Origin: Nitrospirota bacterium | Lineage (GTDB): Bacteria > JACPQY01 | NCBI GenBank assembly: GCA_016180645.1 | Contig: JACPAV010000020.1 | Span: 1-64,000 of the forward strand | Length of the DNA stretch: 64,000 bases | Direction of reading: 5' to 3' | Made by a program: the position numbers and the translations under genes | Notes under the pieces: model-generated | Databases searched by the model: none | Seen by the model: the letters and a program-made list of their open reading frames with translations, nothing else | Told to the model about the DNA's origin: nothing | Shown: positions 46,965-54,207 of the stretch, piece by piece | Position numbering within the stretch: position 1 is the first letter of the stretch | Layout: every line of letters starts with the position of its first letter

Positions 46965-49203
46965 TCTCCTTGCGTTTTATAAGAGGTGGATCCGCGTCTT
47001 CTCGGAGGCTATTCCTTGGGCGCTAACAAAGGGAGACTGGAAGGACGTTCTACATGTCATGGCGTTGAGCGTGTGTTCGGTGGGATTTGTGGTGGGTGTT
47101 CGCCTTCTTCGAAAGTCTTGTTCGAATGGCGACGGTGCCACGATGGCAGACCGTACCCGGAGGTCCATGGATGGACCGGGAGGGTGCGGGCGGCGGAGGG
47201 CCGTCCATCGTTTCTCGTACCCGCTCGCGCAGTGCCTCATCAGTACAGGTCTGGTGTACTGGGTATTTCTCTGGTTCGGATGGGGAGGGATCTTCATGGG
47301 CTACCCATCCATTTTCGCCGGGGTAATGATCGTGTACGCGGGTACGGCGCTGCTGCATCCAAGACTTCACTACCTGCTGATTGGCCAAAAGCTCATGGAT
47401 GAATTTGCCATAACCGTGCTCTACCCGTGGTATCGGGCCACGGGCAGACCGGTCCTAACGGATCCCGGATTCGCCGTCCGGTTTGTGTCTATGGCAATTC
47501 CGCTGTCGCGCGCCGCGAGGTATGTCGTGGGGGAAATACTCAGGGATCGGAAGGCGGATTCCGGAGAAAACGCGTTTGCGTTTTGTCGACGCCTCTACAA
47601 GGAAAGCCTCGACCCATCGCGTCGGGGCGTCCTGAAGCGGCACCGGACGCCGGCAGGGTCGCCCCCTCCGCTCCGCTTCGGGGACGATGAGTGGAAGGAT
47701 CATGGGATCTCAGCATCGCCGGCTGGGAGTCATTCGCCCACGTCACCCTCCGCCGCCCTCCATGGCGCTCCGGGTACGGTCGGCCATCCTGGCACCGCAG
47801 TCGCGGTCCACGATGAAAAGACAATGGAAATTGATAGACAGCGCGAGGTCAGGGGTGAGGGGCCGCAGAGGGCGGCTTCCGTAGGGTCCACCCTTGAAAA
47901 GGCGTCGAGGCCGGAGGGGACCGCGAGTGAATCGGAGCGCGCACCTCGGCGTACCAGTGAACCTGCCCGCCGGCAGGACGCCGAAGGGGTGCCGGACCTT
48001 CCTTCGCCCGCCGTAGCGGGCTTCGCGAAGGCGGGAGCGGCCAGGATGGCCGACCCGGCCCGAAGCGGAGCGGAAGGGGCGAAAACAGCGGGCGATGGGG
48101 AGATCAGGGGTCCGCTGAAAGAGTTGGAACTGGAACTCGGGGCGAAGGAACCGTGGGTGGGCACGACTCTGCGGTATCTGACGGAAGAGCGCGTGCCTTT
48201 CCCGATGAGTGGTGAGGAGCGCGTTGAGGATCTGTTCCGGAGATCCCAGTGCCTCACGTGGAGCATTGCACGCCAGATCGGGAACGTTTCCGAGAGCGGC
48301 CGGTATGCCTCCATCACGCAAAGGATCATGTCTCGGCACAAGGGGGCGCGCATCATTACGATCCCCCCCGAGGGTCCGGGGCGGCCACTGGAGGTTCTAT
48401 TGGGGGTGGGCGCAAAGTCGGTTGATGATCCGGAATTCGTTCATTGGCTGGGAACGGGATTCCTGATGGCCGCGGTAATCCGTGAGGCGAGCGTAGCCGG
48501 AGGGTGGCGTGTGGTCATGCTGTGCCGGGAGAGGACCGTTACGCCGGCGTTGGATGAAAATGATCGGGGGACGGAGACGCACGGGCAGTTAAAGAATAAA
48601 TTCGAGCAGTACAGGGAAGTGCTCCGCTGGGTTCCCGGAGCGACATTGGTGTGGGTCACGAACAGTGAGGCGCGGGCGCTGGGGATCCTCGAGGACGCCG
48701 CGGCGGTTCTTCCGCCGGAAATGGTTTCCCGAGTATTGGTACGGGCCATGGTCGGGAGGGAGTCGGTTCTGCGTCTTGGCGGAAACGCGGCTCCGGTTGT
48801 GCTCGGGCACCTGTCGGTTCGGATGCCCACCGGTGAGACAAGGCGGGAGATTCATCTGCTCCATGACAGACGAGCTGGGGAACGTGGGCCGGGCGGCGAC
48901 AGTGTTAGACCTTTGGTGGCTCTACCCACGGCGAAAGGAGACAGGGTTGTCATGGAGAAGAGCCAACCCCCGAGTCCCACAAACACAAACGGAGAGAGTG
49001 TCGACGTTGTGGCGTACGTGACTGGCAAGGATGGAGAGAAATCGGCGGGCCAACTCCCACTGCAAGAAACGGGTGGCAGCACGGAGCGGCCGCGGGCTGC
49101 GTTGCACCCAGGCTACATGGAGCACCCTTGCGAAGTGGGTAGGCTGGTTTTCCCGGGTTACGTGCGGTTGGACGCCGCTGAAGGGACGGGAGTTCGTGCA
49201 TAG
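46954..49203 (+). CDS. Membrane-anchored protein with a replication-relaxation (Replic_Relax-like) domain
   Basis: N-terminal TMs; HWLG...ENDRGTE...LKNKFEQY...LVWVTNSEARA resembles Replic_Relax. Confidence 0.5.
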   Translation: MWLDLLAFYKRWIRVFSEAIPWALTKGDWKDVLHVMALSVCSVGFVVGVRLLRKSCSNGDGATMADRTRRSMDGPGGCGRRRAVHRFSYPLAQCLISTGLVYWVFLWFGWGGIFMGYPSIFAGVMIVYAGTALLHPRLHYLLIGQKLMDEFAITVLYPWYRATGRPVLTDPGFAVRFVSMAIPLSRAARYVVGEILRDRKADSGENAFAFCRRLYKESLDPSRRGVLKRHRTPAGSPPPLRFGDDEWKDHGISASPAGSHSPTSPSAALHGAPGTVGHPGTAVAVHDEKTMEIDRQREVRGEGPQRAASVGSTLEKASRPEGTASESERAPRRTSEPARRQDAEGVPDLPSPAVAGFAKAGAARMADPARSGAEGAKTAGDGEIRGPLKELELELGAKEPWVGTTLRYLTEERVPFPMSGEERVEDLFRRSQCLTWSIARQIGNVSESGRYASITQRIMSRHKGARIITIPPEGPGRPLEVLLGVGAKSVDDPEFVHWLGTGFLMAAVIREASVAGGWRVVMLCRERTVTPALDENDRGTETHGQLKNKFEQYREVLRWVPGATLVWVTNSEARALGILEDAAAVLPPEMVSRVLVRAMVGRESVLRLGGNAAPVVLGHLSVRMPTGETRREIHLLHDRRAGERGPGGDSVRPLVALPTAKGDRVVMEKSQPPSPTNTNGESVDVVAYVTGKDGEKSAGQLPLQETGGSTERPRAALHPGYMEHPCEVGRLVFPGYVRLDAAEGTGVRA
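47149..47189 (+). repeat. Family-C 41-bp hairpin repeat (identical copy 51218-51258; variants 47744-47781 minus and 52550-52588)
   Basis: GACCGTACCCGGAGGTCCATGGATGGACCGGGAGGGTGCGG. Confidence 0.85.
47663..47719 (-). repeat. 57-bp family-A unit in frame
   Basis: Encodes PLRFGDDEWKDHGISAS. Confidence 0.85.
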
Positions 49204-49447
49204 GAAGCTAGGGACGACAAGGAGCTTCCCATATCCGTTGATGCAAGTGTTTCAAAGGATCGGTAAGAAGTACACGCTCCAGGATGTGCGACTGTTTTTC
49301 GCCCATCCGGATCTGGTCGTGGAATCACTGCGGAGTGAGACATGTGAAAGCTTGGGAGGGGTTCCGCTGGAGCTGACCGGGCTGGAGGACTATCTCCTGT
49401 TGTGTTCAGTTCGTTTCATCGGAGGAACCCGGAGGGGAAAGCGATGA
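49196..49447 (+). pseudogene. Short diverged duplicate of an internal segment of the coupling protein
   Basis: PLMQVFQRIGKKYTLQDVRLFFAHPDL versus TraD PLMQALRSTGVRYTLKDVRAFFAYPEL. Confidence 0.6.
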
Positions 49448-50577
49448 AGAAGGACAAGGATGCCGAATTCGATGTGATCTTGTGGATAGTCGTGGCCATC
49501 CTGGCCGGGGCCTACATGCTCCACTTGGCGGGGGGCCGCGTCCCGGGTCTGGAGGAGACGTTTGCCGAGGCGGACGGCAGTTTCGACGAGGCCCTCGATC
49601 TTTCGAGTGGAACCGCCCGCCTGCTGTCGGATCACGGCTGGTTTCCGGATCGATACATTGACGCTTCTTGGCCGATCCGTCGTGTGATCCTGGCGGCGCA
49701 CAAGAACGGAAGCCTCCCGGCGAAGATCAAGGTCCGATGTTTGGTTCATCTCTGGAGGCTTGCGGTTGGGGGGTTGTTCGTCGTGTTTGGCTGGCTCGTC
49801 TGGTGGGCTGTGTTTTCGGCCAAGCGAGACAAAGTATCTGAGATGGCAGGAAAAAATGTCGGAGAAATCGAAGCTGGATACCACATTTCAATGCGGCCGT
49901 GGGTCGCGTACCCGGTGCTTCGATTGACAACCAGAGGCCGACGACTGACTGGATGCGTTGTAGATACCGTCCGCACCCCGGAGATTGTGGAGTTGTGCCT
50001 TGAGATGGGGCTCCTCTATGCGAGTTACCCGGGTGAACGATTGACGTTCGGTGCAGGGCGTGACGGGGGGCGGCTTTTGGATGCGGTCGTAGAGATGTTG
50101 GAACACTTCCGCAGACGGAAGTGGCCGGCGAGTCTGCGACGGGACCGTCGCGCGCGGGATCTTGCGTTCGCGGGGGTCATGGGCGCTCCTCTGGGGAAGC
50201 TGGACTCCGACCAACGAGGGGAGGGAACCCACCACTTTCTTGGCCCCTATCATGAGCACAAGAGCAGGATGCTTATCGCCGGACTGAAGACCTTCCAGGC
50301 GCTCCCGCAGGATGACAGACAGCGGCTTCTGTTGTGGGTTGGGACCCATCATAGCGACTCTTTACCGGATGAGTGCAGGGGGGAGAGAGACATCGCGCGG
50401 TTCATCTGTCACGCGGAGAGCGACGTGGTGGCAGAGCGAGCCAGTGAGGTCCACGACCTCGTAGAGGGGACGACGGCCGAAGAGGCCGGTAGGCGAAGGG
50501 AGCAGGCGCGACGCAGGGACCCCATAACGATTCCTTCCGTCGTCCCCGGAGCGGAGCGCAGGGGGCATGGACTTTAG
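49444..50577 (+). CDS. Two-TM protein with a degenerate HD-like C-terminal domain
   Basis: TMs, then AFAGVMGAPLGK / HEHKS / THHS spaced like HD folds but without the HD dyad. Confidence 0.55.
   Translation: MKKDKDAEFDVILWIVVAILAGAYMLHLAGGRVPGLEETFAEADGSFDEALDLSSGTARLLSDHGWFPDRYIDASWPIRRVILAAHKNGSLPAKIKVRCLVHLWRLAVGGLFVVFGWLVWWAVFSAKRDKVSEMAGKNVGEIEAGYHISMRPWVAYPVLRLTTRGRRLTGCVVDTVRTPEIVELCLEMGLLYASYPGERLTFGAGRDGGRLLDAVVEMLEHFRRRKWPASLRRDRRARDLAFAGVMGAPLGKLDSDQRGEGTHHFLGPYHEHKSRMLIAGLKTFQALPQDDRQRLLLWVGTHHSDSLPDECRGERDIARFICHAESDVVAERASEVHDLVEGTTAEEAGRRREQARRRDPITIPSVVPGAERRGHGL
50508..50564 (+). repeat. 57-bp family-A unit at a C-terminus; its G-rich end precedes the next ATG
   Basis: RRRDPITIPSVVPGAERRG. 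Confidence 0.85.
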
Positions 50578-50794
50578 CGGGTCAAGCAGTTGGAAGCGCG
50601 ATGGGGCCGAACGCACGCGTCACCTCGGCCTTGATCCGAGCGGGTGGCTGTTTGTGGCGCTCGTTCCGGTCACCTTCATAGTCGTGGATCCGAGCCAAGT
50701 CCCGACAGCGGCGTACGCGCTGCTGCTGGCCGTTGGCTCTATTGCCGTTTGGCGACGCCGCAGCAAGCAGCGAGAAGGAGGTTCCAATGTTTAG
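50567..50794 (+). CDS. Small membrane protein
   Basis: Two TMs; overlaps both flanking genes. Confidence 0.55.
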   Translation: MDFSGSSSWKRDGAERTRHLGLDPSGWLFVALVPVTFIVVDPSQVPTAAYALLLAVGSIAVWRRRSKQREGGSNV

Positions 50795-52514
50795 GTGGTT
50801 CGGACGGGGTGAAGACCGTCGGAGGCCGACGACGGGTGGCCGAAGGCTTGGAGGCTTTCCAAGGGTGTTTCAAACCGGACGAAGTGTGGAGAGTGGGAAG
50901 CCGGTCTGGATCTGGAACGATGGGGTGGAGCACGTGATAATCGTCGGCATCAGCGGGGCGGGGAAGACGACGTTTCTCAAGTACCTGGCGAATTGCATCA
51001 TCTCCGGGGGCGGGGGGTATCTCCATGTGACAGGTAAGCCGACAGATGAGGTCCTGAAAACGCTGCACTGGATGGCGGTTCACGCGGGGCGGGGAGACCA
51101 GTTCTATCTGCTGGACATCAACCGGATCGGGCGCGACGGGCCCGCAGTGCCACGATGGCAGACGACGCCGGGATCGGATGGCCATTCCAATCGTCGTCCC
51201 TGGAGCGGAGCGGAAGGGACCGTACCCGGAGGTCCATGGATGGACCGGGAGGGTGCGGACCGAGAGGCTGCGGGGGTATATGGTCGGGCGCTTCGAACCC
51301 ATCGGTGGGATCCGTTGTTCGGTTTGACGGCCCCGGAACAGGTTCAAGTGGTTCTGAGCGTGCTGGACCCCGAATATTTCCGGGGCGACAAGATCTACTA
51401 CTCGGAAATGGCCACGAGTTTCCTGCATCCGCTGATGCAAGCGCTGCGAAGCACGGGCGTGAGGTACACCCTCAAGGATGTAAGGGCTTTCTTTGCGTAT
51501 CCGGAACTGGCCGTACGGTATCTCCGGAGTGGAACGTATCGCCGCTCGCAAGGGATTCCGGAAGAGGTGAAACTCTTGGAGGACGAGCTGCTCCGATACC
51601 AGATGTCAAAAAGCAACACGGACAAGTTGGCCATGATGCTGTCGCAGATGGACGCGAACCTCCGGTTTTTTACCAGCCCTCCGTACGATGAAGTCTTCTG
51701 CCCGGCTGTCCCGGACTTTGAGATGATGGATTGCATCCGAGGGAATGCCGTGGTGGCCGTGTGTCTGGCGCCCATGGGGCGGGAGGATATCGCACGGAGG
51801 TTCGGGCGACTTTTCGTGGCAAACCTGAAGGCTTCCATCGGGCGGATTCTGATGAATCTCTCGTACCAGAAGCCCGACCCTATCTTCACGGTAGCTCTGG
51901 ATGAGTTCGGCGCGTTTGCTTCTCCGCAGATGGCGGTGTTATTCGAGCAATGCCGGGAGGCGCGGGTTCGACTCATTCCCGCGTTGCAGACAATCGAGAC
52001 ATTGGAGGACCCGAGCCTGGGGTTGAATCCTTCTTTTCGGAAAAGGGTCTTCGAAAACTGCGCCGTCAAGATGTTTTTTACTCTCGGGGCGGACAGCGCG
52101 GATATCGCTCAAGGTTACTTTGGACAGACGCGCAAAACATATCGGTCGGTGAGCCGGTCGGACCAACGCGGGCTTTCGATGGCCGCGCATGGGCTTTCCC
52201 ACCTGGGTCGGAGTTTGGGCAAGGGCTGGCAGGAGGGATACCAGGAGCGGGAGGCGTGGACGGTTCCGGCTCGCGAATTCATAGGGCTCAGGAAGTGGGA
52301 GGCGATTGTGGACGAGGGAGACTCAGTGCCGCGCCGGGCGGATTTGATGCGCCTGTTTGACTGCCCGGAGGGACATGAGATGAGATTGCTGTCCCATCAG
52401 GGGCACTTTGTGGGGCGGCTGCCACAGAAAGAAGGGAGGCCCGTGGGTCCGGGATCGGTCAGCATGCTGAACATGTGGGAGTCCTGCGTGAAGCAAGTCA
52501 GGCTGCAATGCTAA
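50787..52514 (+). CDS. traD: Type IV coupling protein (TraD/VirD4-like), no N-terminal TM
   Basis: HVIIVGISGAGKT, LDEF, QCREARV..ALQT, ENC; AAGGAGG RBS. Confidence 0.85.
   Translation: MFRWFGRGEDRRRPTTGGRRLGGFPRVFQTGRSVESGKPVWIWNDGVEHVIIVGISGAGKTTFLKYLANCIISGGGGYLHVTGKPTDEVLKTLHWMAVHAGRGDQFYLLDINRIGRDGPAVPRWQTTPGSDGHSNRRPWSGAEGTVPGGPWMDREGADREAAGVYGRALRTHRWDPLFGLTAPEQVQVVLSVLDPEYFRGDKIYYSEMATSFLHPLMQALRSTGVRYTLKDVRAFFAYPELAVRYLRSGTYRRSQGIPEEVKLLEDELLRYQMSKSNTDKLAMMLSQMDANLRFFTSPPYDEVFCPAVPDFEMMDCIRGNAVVAVCLAPMGREDIARRFGRLFVANLKASIGRILMNLSYQKPDPIFTVALDEFGAFASPQMAVLFEQCREARVRLIPALQTIETLEDPSLGLNPSFRKRVFENCAVKMFFTLGADSADIAQGYFGQTRKTYRSVSRSDQRGLSMAAHGLSHLGRSLGKGWQEGYQEREAWTVPAREFIGLRKWEAIVDEGDSVPRRADLMRLFDCPEGHEMRLLSHQGHFVGRLPQKEGRPVGPGSVSMLNMWESCVKQVRLQC
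51162..51258 (+). repeat. Family-A unit abutting a family-C unit, in frame in the coupling protein
   Basis: TTPGSDGHSNRRPWSGAEG followed by TVPGGPWMDREGA. Confidence 0.85.
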
Positions 52515-52602
52515 ACGGCTCGTGTTCGAAAGGCGGTGCCCGGACGGCGGACCGTACCCGGAGCGCCAAGGATGGCGCGAGAGGGTGCACCCTGACGTGA
52601 GT

Positions 52603-53361
52603 ATGCTGTGGGGTGTGGTCTTGGCTGCGATCGTCGCTCTTGACTCGACGCAAGGACCGGATGATTCTTCATCTCGCGGCGTAAAGGCCGAACGGCCGTT
52701 CCGCTCGCCGCCCTTGGAGCGAAGCGCAGAGGGTCGTCCGTGGCTCGTGCTACGCAGCGAGGCGCCGCTTCGCAGAGTAGCAAGCGGAGCGGAGGGGACG
52801 GAGTGCCAGGATCCTTTCACACCAGCAGCGGTCGAGTTCGGTCTGTCGCCGAAGTTGCTGTACGCGATTGCAAAGGTGGAAAGTGGCGCGCGGCGAAACG
52901 CTCTAAACGTGAGAGGCAAAGGTTATCAGGGGCTGTTGCCTTCCGAAGCGGCCGGTAAGGCGCAGGTTGCCTGGCGTAGGGGGGAATCGTTTGACCTGTG
53001 CGTCATGCAGATCAATTCGCAGCATCTGGGGAAGGAGCTGGCGCGGGGAGAAGCTGTACACCTGTTGGACGCTGGCGATTGTGTTCGGCGTGGAGCACGC
53101 ATACTTGCAGAGAACTATCTCCGGACCAAGGACATCTTACGGGCAATTGCGTTGTACCACAGCCCGAATCGGGCGCGGGGCGATGCTTATGCGTTGAAGG
53201 TAATGCGTGCATGGCGGGCCATTGGGAGTGAAAGGCTTTGCGTCGAGGCGGTTGAGCCTTGGGATGGTGTTGGCAAGGTCGAAGCCCAGTCAAATAGGGT
53301 GAGTGAACCGCGCAAGAACAACCGCCAAGCGCGCCTTGTTGGTCGGGCTTCCTTCAGGTAG
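52603..53361 (+). CDS. Lytic transglycosylase (VirB1/SLT-like)
   Basis: AIAKVES, DLCVMQINS, AIALYHS; start uncertain. Confidence 0.85.
   Translation: MLWGVVLAAIVALDSTQGPDDSSSRGVKAERPFRSPPLERSAEGRPWLVLRSEAPLRRVASGAEGTECQDPFTPAAVEFGLSPKLLYAIAKVESGARRNALNVRGKGYQGLLPSEAAGKAQVAWRRGESFDLCVMQINSQHLGKELARGEAVHLLDAGDCVRRGARILAENYLRTKDILRAIALYHSPNRARGDAYALKVMRAWRAIGSERLCVEAVEPWDGVGKVEAQSNRVSEPRKNNRQARLVGRASFR
52645..52797 (+). repeat. Nested family-A units plus a 39-bp hairpin insert, in frame in the SLT gene
   Basis: 153 bp = 114 + 39. Confidence 0.75.
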
Positions 53362-53636
53362 CGAAACCCCGTTCTTCACCGTCAGAGTTCCCATAGTCCA
53401 GCGTGTGTTGGTCGAGCTTGCGCCAGAAGGCCATCACGCTGCGTGAGGGTTCGGTCAAATTCTTTGCATGGCGACGACTTGCCCCTTATCCCGAAGGCAT
53501 GCTGGAGAGAATTCCGAAGTGGGCACTGGCATCGCGCAGCAAGTCTGATGTCAATCACGTCCCCAAGACCGACGTACCAGACCAGAGTTGAAATCAGGCA
53601 ACAATGCCCCTGGCCAATGAGGAGCCGGTGAGGAAC

Positions 53637-53918
53637 CTATCTTGAGGGCGTTCGTTTTTCCGCCTGAAGCTTTTCCTTAACCCAGCGGTTTATCAGGAAA
53701 GTGGAGGACATGCCCCGCCTTCTTGCGAGCTGCTGCACTTGCCGAGAGAGCCTTTCATCGAGGGCGCAATATGTCGTCTCCGACTGGATGTCCACGTCGA
53801 TAGAAACGGGTTTCGTATTCGGCCAATAGTCGGACAGGTCGTGCGTATCCCAGAACTCCCCGATCTCCCGATAGGACTTGGCTCCCGATAGGGAACTCCT
53901 GCCTCTCCTAGATCTCAT
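53637..53918 (-). CDS. CopG/BrnA-type antitoxin
   Basis: EIGEFWDTHDLSDY and an RHH-like C-terminus (LARRRGMS...LINRWVKEKL). Confidence 0.8.
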   Translation of the reverse strand: MRSRRGRSSLSGAKSYREIGEFWDTHDLSDYWPNTKPVSIDVDIQSETTYCALDERLSRQVQQLARRRGMSSTFLINRWVKEKLQAEKRTPSR

Positions 53919-54204
53919 TTCTCCTCCGTTCGGACCGACTCATGTCTCTTGCGGATAGTATGAGGGCTTGGTGGTTTTTCTTCAACACGAAGAACGCAAT
54001 CAAGTATCGTCCGGAACGTGTGCGTCCCATGGCCTCGTACACATTCTCACCCTTGCGGTACCCCTTTTCAACGAAGCGGAATGAGGGAAGATTTGACAGG
54101 AGTTCCCGTACTTCACTTTTCTCTACGTGGTGTTTCGTGGCCAACTTGTGGACGATATCGTCGAGCCAGATAAGTCCATCGATTCTCAACCGTCCGCGGG
54201 CCAC
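53908..54204 (-). CDS. brnT: BrnT-family toxin
   Basis: W...KL..KH.V...EV.E, G.T..GRYL, ILSARDM...ERR. Confidence 0.85.
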   Translation of the reverse strand: MARGRLRIDGLIWLDDIVHKLATKHHVEKSEVRELLSNLPSFRFVEKGYRKGENVYEAMGRTRSGRYLIAFFVLKKNHQALILSARDMSRSERRRNEI

Positions 54205-54207
54205 GGA

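Noticed and set aside
20414-52797. CRISPR array interpretation of the recurring repeats
   Set aside because: Copies are dispersed, degenerate and in both orientations, with no regular spacers or cas genes.
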